A stretch of 64,000 bases of DNA. It comes from Anthoceros angustus (lineage: Eukaryota > Plantae > Anthocerotophyta). Under the pieces are notes generated by a model. That model was not told the origin of the DNA. It worked only from the letters and a program-made list of their open reading frames with translations, and did not search any database. The stretch lies in assembly GCA_010909165.1 (NCBI GenBank), contig MU008158.1:1389478-1453477 (forward strand), written 5' to 3'. Both the position numbers and the translations under genes were made by a program. Below, in pieces: positions 1 to 14,100 of this stretch (position 1 is the first letter of the stretch; the number at the start of each line of letters is the position of its first letter).

Positions 1-3000
1 TGTGTCAGATGGTCAGATGCGCCTTGAAGCTTCTTGCCCACCTTCTCACCGATCTCTGTTCTCCCAAGGGCTGGAATCCTTGCTCCAGCATCCAGAATTG
101 TACCCTGCTGCACAACCGCGTAGGGTTCAACTACAGCGCCGCTTCCAATCCGGATGGGTTGGAACCTCACCACCCCTCCACGCACGTCATGGCTCTGGAT
201 TGTGGCTCCTTCGCTTAACACAGCCCCACTCCCAACATAAAGCAGGGACGGGTCTGTGATGTCTGTAGTGTCCAGAAACACATGGTCTCCAATCTCTGCT
301 CCCAGCAAGCGGTACCAGTATGTGAGGAAAACGGTGCCCCTAAGGTGCATTCCCACCACATGGTTGGAAGCAAAGTCACACAAGCGATACAGCATCCACC
401 AGTTGACATAATCCAAGGACCAGAGCGGCACTGCCGTCTTAATGCAGTAATTGGGCCTCAGCAGCGTGGTTGCAAAGATGCTCACTGCCGTCAATGCAAG
501 GTAAGCAAGCCAACCCAAAGGCACGAGCAGCGCGAACTTGACAGCCAGCACGAAGGAGGGAATTGGGCCCTGGACGTTGCTGATCACTAGATTGCCAACC
601 TTCCCGTAGACGAAGAATGCCGGAAAAATGGTGACAGCAGCAATGTAAACCAACCCTAGCACCTGCAGGCAAGTGATCACCACCTTCCGCCGCTGAGAGG
701 GCTCGACAGCTGACTCCAACTGTGCATCAGAGATGAGCTCCTTCTCCATCTCCGCCTCTAAACTGGTGGCATATTCCTGACAATTTTCACTACCCAATCT
801 CAGTGTCTCAGCCTCAGTCGTGGTACTAACGGGTGCTGCCTTGTGCAGCATCTGAAGGGCCACGCTGGTGAGGTCGGCGATGGAGCCTGCAGTGTAGACA
901 TCGATAGCGGCAATGTGGATTCCCAGAAACTCCGAAAGCTTCTGTGCAGCCCACACCACCGCCACGGAATCCATTCCGAAGGACGTCAAAGCGTCCGTTG
1001 TGGAAATCTGGTCGGTTCCCAATCCCATCCTCTCCGCCACCAACTTCACCAGATGGTCTTCAATTTCCTTCCCAGTCTTTCTGCGGGCTGTGTTTGTGTC
1101 TCGCAAGCTACACCTTGTGACACTCCTGTCCACCATGAGCTTACTGGCTGGCCTGACGATGACGAGCGTCCCGTCCAGGAACCTCTTGGAGCACTCTCGC
1201 CGCCGGATCTTCCCCGACGTGGTCTTGGGAATTGTTCTGGGCTTCACCAGAACGACGTGGGCCACTTCCACGCCGTGCTCCGACGCCACATCCGCCTTGA
1301 TCCTTCCCACCAGCTCCGGCTCAAGGCGGTTGGCCTTCTCGTCCCTGACCTCCGCGACCACCACGATGCCGACATCGTCCGGAGCAGACGCTCGGGATGC
1401 AGCTCCTGCCCTGCCAGTTGTCCGCAATCGCAGCTCCGAGAAAGGAACTCCGAAGGCAGCGCTGCAGCCGGGGCGGATGCTGCGGGAACAGCCTTCCACC
1501 GTCTTCTCGACGTCGGAGGGATAGATGTTCCGGCCCGCCACGATGATGAGGTCCTTGATCCGGCCCGTGACAAATAACATGTCTCCAATCACCCTCCCCA
1601 GGTCCCCGGTGCGCAGGAACCTTCGCCCGCTGTCGTCCAGCTGGTTGTGGAAAGTCTCCCTGCTCAGCTCCGGGAGGCCCCAGTACCCAATCCCGGCGCT
1701 GGGGCTGCTCACCCAGATCTCCCCTTCCCTCCCGTTCTCCAATTCCTGCCCCCTTTCGGGATCCACGATCCTGATGTCTACGTCGCCGTTGCCCTGATCC
1801 ACATACCCGCAGCACACTCTGTTCTCCCAGTCCAGGTAAACGGGTCTCTTCATGCCGTACGCAGTGCACGCGAAGACAGAATTCTCTGCCAGCCCGTATC
1901 CTGGAGCCATGATCTGTCTCCAATTGCAGGAGAACTTGTAAGCAAGCTTGCCAACAACTTTGTGTGACCAATGTTCAGCCATTGCAATGACAGAGGTGGG
2001 CAATTAAGTGTTACCTGCTCTTGGAGGCCGGAAGTGCGGAACAGCTCCAGGAATCGGGCCATGGTCTGGTGCCGGATGGGTTCTGAGGTGTTCATGAGGA
2101 AGCGGAGGGAGGACATGTCGAATGCCGGGACATGCCTGCCGCTTTCGTGCAAAACGTCCATTCTTCGGGCGATGAGCTCGTAGGCGAAGTTGGGGCCGGC
2201 GGTGTGGGTGCCGCGGTATCTGCTGATGGCCTCCATCCACAGAAGCGGGCGTTTGATGAAGGTGACAGGGGAGAAGAGGACAGCGGTGCCTCCGGATACC
2301 AGGGACGTGAGGAGGCCGCCGATGAGGCCCATGTCGTGGTACTGCGGCAGCCAGCTCACCAGAACTGTCCTGGACGTGCTCTTGAACATCCGCCGCATGA
2401 GCTTCACGTTGTGGGTCAAGCCCTTGTGGGTGATCATCACTCCTTTAGAGTCGCCCGTCGATCCTGAAGTGAATTGGAGAAAGCACACATTGTCTGCCTG
2501 GGACTGTGCATCCGGAGGGCGGCTGCATTCACGCTTGTTCGTCTCAATGCCAGCAGCATCGATATCGTGCTCGCGTGGACTCAGCCAACTCGTCCAATCT
2601 GGCATGAATTGATTCTTCTTCCCAGTCCACAAATCCGTGTGAAACCAGGGAAGATCTGGCCACCGCGGTCTCTTCCCGGATTTCTCCGCCACCAACCGAG
2701 CCTTCAGATTTGAGGCAGTTACCGCGAGATGGTACCACGATGTAGCCAGAATCGCCCTGGCTGCGCTGGATTTCGCAACGTTCTGCACCTTCAGCAGTGC
2801 CTGGGAGTAAACTCCGGGATCGGGAGGAATCAGCGGGACGGGCAACACCTGCATGCACGGTCAGGTTTCAGCTCGAAAACAGTTTCTGCAGGACTTCATG
2901 AAGCCAATCCAGACACTGAAGAAGTGCAACCTACTTGAGCACGGAGGCACCCGAAGAAGGCCTCCACGAAATCAAGACCGGGCGGGTGCAAGAGCAACAC

Positions 3001-5205
3001 ACGGTCGCCTCGCTTAAGCTTGGCATTGCTGGTGAGCAGCCGGTGCGCTATCACAGACGCTCGCAGATTCAAGTCGGCGTATGTTCTCTTGTCTGATTCC
3101 TTGCCCTGATCGTCCAACCATGTGTAGAGCACCCTATCCTTGGTCACCTGGTGGGTGGCATAGAACTGCAGGTATGCGTCCACCGTGGGAAAGTCTGGGA
3201 AACACATTCCGGGGGCTTCACTCAGCTCCTCCACATCGTAGCCTGGAAGTGCCGAGGTCGGACCATACGCACGCTCATCAAAGGGTACTTGGAACATTCT
3301 CTGCCAAGGCATCCAAGAGACGCGTGCGTTGCTTGTGTTGAAATCTAAGCTGGCATATATACGAGCTTGCAAGCGGGCTTTCAAGAGGGAAATTTCTGGA
3401 TACTCACCTTGACATATGGTTGAGATAGATGAGTGGAGCCAAAATGCTTAGCAACCAGATTCATGGAAAACGTAGCATTCCTCTCGGTATGCTCGAAAGC
3501 CAGCAAGCCTCCCACATAGTATGTGCCATTTTGTCCTTGTAGCTTGCTAAACTCATCATAAAATCCTGCCTTGATATCTGGAAGCAGAGTTTGCCTCGTA
3601 AGAGCAACGCTTCCGAATCGCTGCAACATACGAAGGAATGCTTGACGGTACGCACCTTGGCTCTGAACATGTGGAAAATAGTTCCATTTTCTTTGGGTTA
3701 TAAGGTGTGAGACACAGCCCCCAATTCTGTCCACCACCTCATAGATGCAGCCTGTGACTCCCTGGTGCTGAACTTGGGCATTCCCGTATGACCAAAACAA
3801 GAAGACGTTGGTGTCGGGGAAGAAACGTTGCATTGCAAGAGGGAAGCCAATCGTGTTTGCGTCCTCTACGTATTCCTTGAAGTAGAAAAAGCCAGCGGGG
3901 AACCGCTCCAGACCCTCGATCTCAAGCACGGTGGTGTAATATTCCATGGTTTGGACTTTGGAAAACAAGCGGGCTTCCGCAGGAGTCCACTTCAATGGCA
4001 ACGCTGCCGGGTCTGATCATTTTCGTGAATGAGCAAAATGGGTCAGACCGATGTGCGTGCACTTCGAACAACACAAGTCTACATTCTGCAACAGATTGTG
4101 ACAACTCACCAGCAAGCGGGGCGGGTTCAACTTCACATCCAGGATGTGGGAAAGATCGAGATGTGGGATTGTCACAGAACGGGAGAGCACCGGTGACGAT
4201 AAGCTTGTCGAACTCGAGCTGTGACTCGCCACTGTGGTCAGCAACACGGATCGTGATGGGCCCAGAATCCGGGCGGCGGATGTCGATTACCCGACTGCTG
4301 CACCTCACATCGGATAGCGAGGCAGCGAGCTTCTGCCACAAGCTGCAGTAGCCACCGCGAACCCGCTGGATTTCGCCCAGCACCGAGGTGCGGTTGAACT
4401 CGTGCATGTAGGCGTAGGGGATATCCGCCGGGTAGCCGTAACCGGAGCTGGTGAAGATGGCGGCGATGCTGGCAGGCAGCCCCTTGCTGTGGCCCCTGCG
4501 TCTCAGAAACTCCTCCACCGGCTCGCTGGCCAGGTTGGCCACACCGTGAATGCCGATTCTTTCCATCTTCTCCGCTTCCGCCTGCACATGGATCACGATC
4601 AATCGCGCTTGCAGTGTCGTCCAGGATTGCTCGTCATCAAGCAAGCGAATCCAGTCTTGGTTGGAACCTGCAGTTGGGCTGTGAGAGGGATGACTTGGCT
4701 GAAATCCTTGAACACGTCCAGCTCCTGCGATGTCCCACCAGCGGTGACTTGGACCATCCACTGCTTGTGGTCGCCGGCGCTCAGGGCTTCCATGTGCACT
4801 CCCAGTTCCGTCGCCAGAGCTGCCATGGTGGGCGCTCGACCTTGAGCCAGAACCTGGCCCCCTAGGTCGTACGTCCTTCCTGCAGGCCAACATCACCACA
4901 ACCTTGAACAACGTGTGCTAAGGCTTTGCAAGCGCGCACCTGTGCGGATACGATCATGGGTGAGCTAAGATTTGTGAACCTCCAAAGTGCAAGGATTCAC
5001 ACATCCCGCCCACACTGGGTTGCTTCTCTAGCACGGTGACATGGTGGAAGCCAAGGCGCTCCAGCGCCCAGGCAGCGGCGAGGCCACTGGGGCCACCTCC
5101 CACGACGGCGATGCGGGTATCGATGGGAATGCTCGGGTGCAGGCTGCAGAAGGGAGCCGTGGCAGGCTCGGCGGCCAGTCTCTCCTTGGATGGCTCAGGA
5201 GCCAT
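1..5205 (-). CDS. Spliced multidomain NRPS-like protein (partial, continues past left edge): FAD-dependent amine-oxidase-like domain, fatty acyl-AMP ligase, ACP, TM + left-handed beta-helix (Pls/NRPS terminal-domain-like)
   Basis: ATG at 5205. Approximate GT-AG exons: 5205-4980, 4879-4668, 4581-4110, 4012-3658, 3577-3409, 3301-2936, 2849-2015, 1913-<1; the last is open to the edge. Motifs: [80 protein letters not shown] (~963-983), [13 protein letters not shown]...[10 protein letters not shown] hexapeptide region. Confidence 0.93.
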
Positions 5206-5920
5206 GGCTCTCCAGGTGTTTCCAAAGCCGTGCAGGAATTGAACCAGCCCAGGACAGGGATTTGCGGTGACCTATGCAACAGACAGGTTCCTGTGCTCGG
5301 AATTGGGCTGTTGTGAAGATCTTATCGGCACATGGAGCAGACACTCTCTCCCTTCCCTCCTCACCGGTCGACGGTGGCCGGTCCCTGCAATTTCTTAGTC
5401 CGTTTGACCGCAGAAATCTCTTCGCCGCCGTCCCCCTTAGAGCACACCGCTCTCGGCCATGGGGTGGAAGCCGCACTCTCCCTCCACGTACCGGTTCCGG
5501 TTGGATCATCCGGTCATGACACCATGTGTGGTGGAAAGCTTCGTTCGCGTCATTCAGTTAGGGTTAAAGGATTTTAGGAGATTCAACAAGATTCAAGAAG
5601 ATTCAAGAGGCATCCGGGTGACAGCCTTGAGGCGACCACTTTGGGCGCTGCGAAATTGCAGCAATGCAAGATGTTAGGTACATAAATATTGTCCTCCTCA
5701 CCTCGTACAAGCCGGCGATCTTCCCTCGGGCAGCTATGGTCATTGGTGAACCGTTTGTTTGGATTTAGAAACGACGTACAGATTTTCCACCACTTGGAGT
5801 CACCTGATGATCCAACCGGTGTCGGTAACCAAATGGCTCATACCATACGTGGAGAGACAGTGCGGCACCCACCATCCAGTCACGACAAAACCCACAGGTG
5901 AGAACGGTGTGTTCCATAGG

Positions 5921-6064
5921 AGACGGCAAGTGATGTGCTGTGCAACTGCCTTTCAAAGACGGCTGGTGATTTGCCTTGCAACAGCCCTTCAAAGACGGCA
6001 GGTGATTTGCCTTGCAACAGCCTTTCAAAGACGGCAGGTGATTTGCCTTGCAACAGCCTTTCAA
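5921..6064. repeat. 36-bp minisatellite x4
   Basis: Unit AGACGGCAGGTGATTTGCCTTGCAACAGCCTTTCAA, head-to-tail, no spacers. Confidence 0.95.
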
Positions 6065-7699
6065 CCTTTTAGCTCACATTACATTAGACACGTAACGGCT
6101 GACCCGCAGGCCTCATGTTTTCCCCGCCAGGCTCTTGGGTGCCATGGATGTATCTACCTTGGAGATCGACTTGAATACGTGCACACCGCTGTTATTAACA
6201 CTATGACCGTTACCCTGGCCTGGATCACCTGCAACCTGCTGCTCCTAGACCACCAGAAGGTTCTTAAGCAGATCCAGGTATACATGCCTCTGATAGCGTT
6301 TTAATTGTTGCTGCAGCTAGAGTACATGAACAGCTTTGTATCAGGCATGCAATCTTAACCCTTGTAAACAGGCTGAGAGCGATCCCATTGCTTGAGAGAG
6401 AGCGCACATCGATTATCCAGTCACCTCGGATAACCTGCGGAGGCTGGCCTACAAAAAACAGAGTGGCTACTGCATTGCCTTCTTGCAATCTCGAGACCTC
6501 TCTCAAAGCAAATTGTGAAGAAGGATCATGACGTAGTCACAGGTCCTTCAGGAGGCATCAGAATAGATACAAAGTTTTGACCTTCAATTTCAGAGAAGCA
6601 ACAGAGGATGTCGTCTTCGACGATAGGGCTAGTCATATCATGGGTGCCTCCGGATGTTGGCATTTAAAGCTCCAACATCGTGCTACATTGACCAACTTGT
6701 TTCTAACGTTCAGGAATTCTCTCTCCCAAGGTATGGAAAGTGATCAAATGGAACAGGGGACATGAAGCTTTTTCGTCTCAGACTACAATGCTACGCAAGA
6801 CGTAGGCTTTTTATGCACCCGATTCTGACTGTTGACATTTGTGTGATTACTGCAGGCGTCTGCAAGTAGACACCCAGTTTTGAAGGCGGCCAGAAACAGC
6901 TTAATTCAGAGAGGCGAGAACAAGGACTTCAAGGTTATGTGTTTTTAGCCAACAGTCTGATAAATATGTATGCAAAGAGTGGCAGCTCCTAAAGATTGTT
7001 TGATGGACTTTCTCAGACTACAAGGTTGTGCTTGACATGCCATAAAAGCTGGTTCTTTGCATCAGGGCATCGGTGAGGAAGCTCTTCATTTTCCAGTGCT
7101 ATGCTAGAAGAGGACAGCGCTGCACCCTCTTCTACGTCGCATAGGGCTGCAGGCATATGCAGATGTGGCAGCTTTACATGTGGGAAGGCAGCTTCATCGG
7201 AGATTAAAGAGCAAGGACTCAGACGCTGATGTGTCTCTACCAATCAGTCTCATGAACATGTTTCAGTGAACTCCTGGCTACCGTTTCACTTAACAGGGAG
7301 AGCCTAAGGAGGTATTTGATGGATTGCCTGCAAGAGGACCTGGTTATGGATCACAGTTTTCATGCCGTGAACAGGGGTATCCAGAGTCCCAACACATGTC
7401 GCATGGTGGCCCTATTCGTACGGAAGGTTTTCTCCCCATGTGCGAAAGAGCTTCCTTGAGCTCGAATTCTCATCTCCCACCCACGGGACCCATCCTGCAA
7501 ATGCCAACGATCTTCAGGGTCAATCAGAAATGGAACACCCTTGTCAGGGTCAAGTTTATTCGTTTGTTCTTCTTAAAATCTTCCTTAGAAAGCTAAGTCA
7601 CATATTTCTTTATAAATAACATGACTTAAGACATATTTATTTAAAAATGACTAATATAAAGATAATCTTCATCTAGTACTCTTGTAAGATTCTGGCAGG

Positions 7700-7855
7700 G
7701 TTTGCCGACGACATCATTGGCCTGGAGTGTGCCGCCAGGACTTGGCAGCGACAGTAGCCCCGCATGTGGGGCACGGTCTTGGCCACGAGGCCTCCACGCT
7801 TCCTTGGGAGTTGGGCCCTCTTTGCTCCCATCATGGTCTCTCGTTTCATCAAGCA
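7700..7855 (+). pseudogene. Degenerate non-LTR (CRE/RLE-type LINE) fragment, 5' part, interrupted by the CACTA element
   Basis: Frameshifted reading gives GLG...FLGSWALFAPIMVSRF, typical of the post-RT region of RLE-type LINEs. It abuts the CACTA TIR. Confidence 0.55.
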
Positions 7856-8949
7856 CACTACTACAAAACGGGACGGTTTATGACAAGCGGGAAATGACAG
7901 GCGCCTATTCCACATCACTTCGTCATTAAAGAATGTCGGGGTCGGTGGCAAATGACATTGTGCATGCGGCTGTCATAGGGTGTTTATGTCAGATGTTTTC
8001 CTCGTGTTTCCTCTGTCATTGGGCCTCCTACTAATCTTTGGATTCCATCCCGGTCAATATCGGTTACGGTGGGGGTTCATCGATTGTGTGTCTGACGGTC
8101 TTTGGAGTTGGCCTTCCCGCTCGCAGTCATGGGGTCACCAACGGGTTAGTGTGTCTTGACCATTGTCAGCCAACGGTAACCATGTTTTTGATCACTGTGG
8201 GCGTTTTTAGTGGGAGAGGATGGCCTCGACACCATTCCCAACGTCCCTGCCACGCCTCAACGGCACCCATCCACAAAAGGCCGTCGGAGGACCCAACGTC
8301 TCCCAGCCGGGGCGTACCTTAGTTGTGAGCGGGGACTCTCACCACCTTCTCCGTGAACTCCTCTTTACCGCAAAGATCTTGGACCCATTTCCGCCATAGC
8401 GCACGGTGAGGTGCTATGGATCCTCCTTACACTAACCGTCCAAATACCGGTCATTTGCAATTGCCCCTGCTCGCGAACCACACACCCCATCGGACGCGCC
8501 GCTGCCACGCCCGCTCATGGGTGCCCGCTGCCGAGGTGAGGCAAGATGTCCCGTTGCACATCGCCATGGCGCTTCGTAGGCAAATCCTGTGAGCGGATCA
8601 TTGTTTGTTCTTGTCTGTGCGCGCCTCGAAATCCAGTAGATCGAGGTTCGCCTATGTGCATCCACACCGACCAGGGTTGCCTGCACGGACCCCGCCCGCA
8701 GCCCCTCCGGCTGGGGCTTGCGCGCCCGGCCCCGAGTTCGTTGATGAAGTACCTTTGCTGACATACCCGACGGCGGCGGTCGGGTTCCGAGTTGAACAGC
8801 AAAAGGATGCAAGACTTCATAGCTGGCTGCTCAGCAGAGGGACAATCCAATTTGGAGGAGGAGGCCAAACCCTTATGGTCGGGCCTCCGGAGGAATCCAT
8901 GCATAGTCGACCGTCTCACGCCCGGCATTCCTTAGCATCTAGGACGATA

Positions 8950-9915
8950 AGATATCCGACTGCCATGTCCGCAATCTTCACCTCCTTTCTTCGTGTTGCC
9001 AAGACCAACAAGATGTCAAGGCAAGGTCGATGTTCAGAAGATGATGCTACACGCCACGTTGTAGCGACGAATTGATGCCCGTGTTGAGATCGTTCCTGTT
9101 TTGGGGCACGAGGGCATTAGAGACCTCTTGCCACGCTTTGGCGCGAGCCCGATATCGCGAGGGTGCCATCGGGCAACCTATTTCGCGGAAGACAATGTTT
9201 TATTTTCCGCATCGCCTCCGCCGAATGTATGCGCGTTTTCAACAAAGACGTGAACTCGATATGGGGAAGGACCATAGGAGCACTGACGGTCAAGTGCGGA
9301 TAATGGCCGACACACCCGCCTGGCAGGCCTTGGACAATGTAAGTGCCTTCGATCTAGAAGACCGAAATCTTCGCCTCGGTATCTCTACAAACGGCTTCAA
9401 TCCAAGCGGCCATCGTTCTTCCTCGTACTCCATCTAGCCTGTTCTCATTTTCATCCACAATTTTCCTCCTTGGCTCACGACAAAGAAGCAGCGGATTCTT
9501 ATGCCTTTAATCATCCTGCCGTCAACAACAGTCAAGAATATGGATGTGTATCTCCAACCTTTGTTGGAGGAGTCACAGTGGGTGGTGTGTCCCATGTACC
9601 GATCATTCCAAAGACGTGTCCGACCTGGTCGCTTTCATCTCGAGGGTCGCCGTGCTTCACACGACATGTGACTACTCCGACTCGGAGCGCTTTTCAGCTT
9701 GCAAGTGAGAGGCTATCGTTGTTGTGTGGACTGCGAGGGGCTTCTGGAAGCTAGATGGTCGCGGGCTTTGGAGAAAGTCATTTGCGATGGGCACCGCAGA
9801 TGGTGCCCTGCCGTCCACGATAGCAGGCGGCATGACCACCGTGAGTTTTTCGACAATGCTAGTGATATGCGGCCGGCGCCCCCTTCCCGAACCATGCATG
9901 TGGTGACCACATGGG
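8950..9915 (+). pseudogene. CACTA Tnp2 transposase (Transposase_21), 5' half, frameshifted
   Basis: FYFP..RLRRMY, MADTPAWQ, RNLRLGISTNGFNP...SYSI, NFPPWL..KK, NMDVYLQPL, GHRRW motifs. Confidence 0.88.
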
Positions 9916-10737
9916 TACTCAGACCCCCTCGAAAAGGAGTGTTTTTTTTTTTTTGTGTTTAAGTTGTGAGAATCGTGTGGAGTTGGAATGTGAAGTAGGT
10001 TAGGAAATAAGAAAAGTCTACTAGAGCCTAGTAGGAGGAAGAGAGTCTAGTCCGATCCCGATGTAACCTCGGAGGGATGGTCGCCTTTCGGCTAAGGTTA
10101 ACGCGGGTTGCTAGGGCCGCTATTGTGGACTTGCTATGACAAAGAACCGACTTGAGCCTCGTTGTTGTGGTAGCAACTGTCGGAGTTATTTTCCGATAAA
10201 TTCGGAAAACCTATTTGGCGGAATCACGGGAAATAATAACGGGAAGTAACCTGGGGTCCTATTAGCAATTAAGTCCAACAAGGAAGTGACAAGGAGTATC
10301 TTCAATCGTGCAGATCGAGGATGGCGGCGCTGGCTTCGGAGTGCAACCGTGGTCGGAGACCAGAGCGGACGCCTAAGGTCACAAGGCGGTGTTACTGGTG
10401 TCAGGGGCGACAAGCGCCAAGAACGGCCGAATTTGGTCCGAGTAGCGCCGGGAGGATGCGCGGTGGAAGCCGCAGGAAGTCAGAGGCCGAGCAAGACCTA
10501 AGTTACTAGTCGGTGGAAAGAGCTAGAGGTGACGGAGCTAATTCCCAGATGAAGGTCGTGGAGAACTCCAAGAGATGCAGGATCGGAGCAACGGCGCAAG
10601 GGGCGCGTTGCAAGTTCCCGCCCAACAATGGTGGAAGCATCGCTGCAGCCTCTGGAGGAGGTCAAGTGCAGTGGCCGCGATCGGCCGCAGAAGCCGGAAA
10701 GAGCACGTGAATTGGATAGGGCTGTGAAGTGGCTGAG

Positions 10738-11025
10738 AAACCGGTCGCAAGACCGGTGGAAAAGTGGGGTGGCCTGGACGGACTGGCACGCACTGAGAAG
10801 CATCCGAGGAATGTCCCGAAAATATAGTGATTCTTGTAACCAGAGAAGCGGGAACGGGGTCACGCCCATAAGGGGTCAGAGGAACCGTCCGCAAGATCGG
10901 TGGAAAAGTGGGGGCAGATGGTACCGAGTGGCACGCACTGGAGAAGCATTCCAAGGAATGTCTGGAAAATATAGTGATTCTTGTAACTAGAAGTGGGAAC
11001 GTGGTCACTGACCATAAGGGGTCGC
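10738..11025. repeat. ~144-bp tandem duplication
   Basis: Two diverged copies sharing CGGTGGAAAAGTGGGG...GAAAATATAGTGATTCTTGTAAC...CCATAAGGGGTC. Confidence 0.85.
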
Positions 11026-11189
11026 CGGGCATGCCGGAGTAGGCCGAACAGAGTAACACGATGGGAGAGACAGTCTGGAATAATCAACCGGCGCGCCACC
11101 GGCTGCGGATAGGGGCTAAGAAGATTCCAATGGAGAATGGTCGACGGGGCCCCGCCATGTTGAGGTCCGTATGGGGAGCCGAAAAGAAG

Positions 11190-14100
11190 AGGGAACGGAC
11201 GCGACATTACCGAACGGCCGAGGCGGGCCGAGACGCCGAGGCCGCGCGCCTCGCGTCCCGCCTCGGCGAAGGGAGCGTCAGCCGGGCCGACGCTTTGATC
11301 GCATCGAGGCGGAGTGAGGTCCTGCTCAAATCTTAGAGTTGTTGCTTGGAGTACCCGGCTTATAATTCTTTTTCCTCTTTGTACGATGAAAGCACCTTTA
11401 CATTTCTAAACTTGGTTTTAACGTCTGTAACAGTTTTTCACAATTCACTGGATACTCTTAACTATTTACTACAACTTTCTAATTATCTTCCACGGGCGTG
11501 CATGGAAAAATTATCCAGAATTTCATCCATACGAGAATATTTCTAGAACGAAACATGTCTTAAATTAGAATCCAAATTCATTTTCATTTCATGCACTAAC
11601 CTCAAAGAGTGCGAATAACTCCTTTGGCTCTCAAACCTACAAACGTTGGAAGCGCAACCTTGATGCAAGAAAACTTGTAAGGTACTGCGTTGCCTCGCCG
11701 AATGTTGGAATCAGAATGTTTTGCATTACACTGTCACTGTCACTTTCTATAGAAAAGTCAGACGTTTTGAGCCTAGAACTGCCATTATCGGCGGGCTTTT
11801 CTGTGGGCCTTGAGCATCTTCAGTAAACAAAGGCGAATTTTGTTGTTAGATTTCGACATCGTCTCGGCATACTGGCAGCTTTAAACTTATGGATGTGAGG
11901 ATAAAAACTACTTTAAGAATGTAAGCGCAAAAGGTTTTAAACAATGACGAAAGCTAGCGAACCGCACTGTAAACCAAACCTCAGCCACGAACCTGTTTCG
12001 AAAACAGGCCACCTAAGGAGAAAAGACAACACTTCAGATGCTATGGTACCTTGACGATGGAGTTGTTACACTTTGGTCGACTACTGGTCGACTGCTGTGT
12101 CTTTCAAGCTCACCTACATACAATGCCGTTTTCAAGTTAGTCAAAGTAAAGACACTTAGCTAGGCTCGTTTTCTTTCAGGCTTCTTGGTTATGGAAGGAA
12201 GGGCATGGCTTCATCTGAAGACATACTCCCGGATGTCGCAGGTCCTGTGCCTGCATGGGTGTTCCAGATCTACAACACCCAATTCATTGACATACGACAA
12301 CCACCACCTCACCCGGTCGACGGCCCGTGGCGGTGCTCACATCAATGCCCTCGGTGAATGCATTGATGAACGATTCCCAAGGCGTTACGCAAATCCCTCT
12401 CGCCTACTACCTTGACTCGCATCGAATCACAGGCCCCATCGGGCCGGCTCGGCACACGGGCCCGATGGACTCAACTTTGCCGACAACCAGCCAATGGTCC
12501 CATTCCCTCGACATCGCTTTCTACGATCCACAAACTTTATCATTACGAATAAACTCACGGGGGCCATGCTCGCGACAGAAGAAGTGAACTCAACTCGTCG
12601 ATTTGTCCAACAACTGCTTAGCGCGCTTATCCCGCTTCTTTTCACAAACGCCGTTCTTGCAGAGGTCGGCTTGAAAACAACAACCGCGGGAGCCATCCTC
12701 GACTTGCCACACCGTGCACAGGCTCGCCTTGGAAAACAACAAGCTTGCTGTGGTCCGTCCGCCTAGCGGCGTGAGACTTCACTGCATCACCGGTTCTGTG
12801 AGCGGAACTTTACGGCTGGCCGATTCTGCCGCCATCACCTCCTTCACGGTACCCATCTCCTCCTCCACACTTCTCCTGCTCTTCCATTTGCACGAAACCA
12901 AACAATCAATTTCGTCGGTGTGGTGAACAATCTCTTACTCGACTGCATCTCGGGGCCTTCAAGTTACGGACTTAAGCTCCAACAACATTTCAGGCGAGGT
13001 CAAGGCGTCCTTGAGCAGTTTGAGTGCCATCAATTTGTGGACCTCGCCAAGAACGCCTGTGGAGGTAATCGCCGCCTCGCTGACTAGTGCGATTTCACGG
13101 CTTGGCAATCGCAGTAGCGCAAAGATCCTACACCGCTGGATCCCCTCTCTACACCACAGGCTACTATTTTCGGAAAGCGGATCGGTCATAGGTTTCTTTT
13201 CTAATCTGTCAAGATTGTAGAAGCCACACTACAAGCAAGCCTAAACACGCCACACTACAAGCAAGCCTTAACCAGACCACGAACGAAAGATCGGGCCAAC
13301 AAGAGCAAGAAAGAAACTTACAAGCAAGCAACTTACGCAGAGTGGGTGGGTTTTCTAGCGTCTCTTCGCAAAATCTACGCATAGCGATAATCACCAAGAT
13401 GAGTCCGAAAACGCATAAATGTTGAGGGCGACGATGGAAGAAGACCCTTTTCATTCTCTAGATCAGCAGCGTTTAAAATTGAGGACAGAGAGGACGCCAA
13501 ACTACAAGAGAAGCCTAAACCAGCACGACCAACGTGAAAGCAGAGGCCAACAAGGGAGCAAGAAACTTACATCGTTCAAAATGGTGGGTGCCTTGACGTC
13601 TCTCTTCACGACTGTAAAACGCCAGACATCGGATGGATGAGTATGTAGACGAAGAAACACAGTACGCACGATGCAAGACCCACCCTAGAAAAGGACCAAA
13701 TCTTGATTCGAGAGCTCTAACATACCAAGCACCGACTGATTTAATTGCTTGCACTCTCGAAGACCTTAGGGCAAAGATGAAATGAAGTGAAGACAAACTA
13801 CTTACGGTGGTTTACGCCCGGAGGTAGCGTTCGAGGAGCGAAGGGAACTAGGGTGCCGACATCTGTTCCACCAACCCCTAACGAGCAACACCCCACAAAA
13901 CCAAAACCATGGCGATCGCGACTGGCGCCGGCAGGAAGGTGGGCGTGAACGGGCAGTAAACGAAGGAAAGGAGCTACGACTTAGAGAGGACTTAAGTAAG
14001 AGAAGGTAGACTATTCGAGAGGCTTCCATCGATTTGCTGCGTATCAATCATATTGGTTGCCGCTTTGGCTCACGCCCATTGGTGGTTTCAGATTTAGGTT

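Noticed and set aside
843-2612. Plus-strand and alternative-frame ORFs over the megasynthase gene
   Set aside because: Shadow ORFs of GC-rich coding sequence. The real frame (1913 to the left edge) is missing from the ORF track because it has no stop in the window.
5921-6064. 36-bp repeats as a CRISPR array
   Set aside because: Units are head-to-tail with no spacers, there are no cas genes, and the context is eukaryotic.
6100-7560. Possible minus-strand LINE C-terminal remnant
   Set aside because: Only a vague Cys/His pattern near 6750-6830; no convincing motif.
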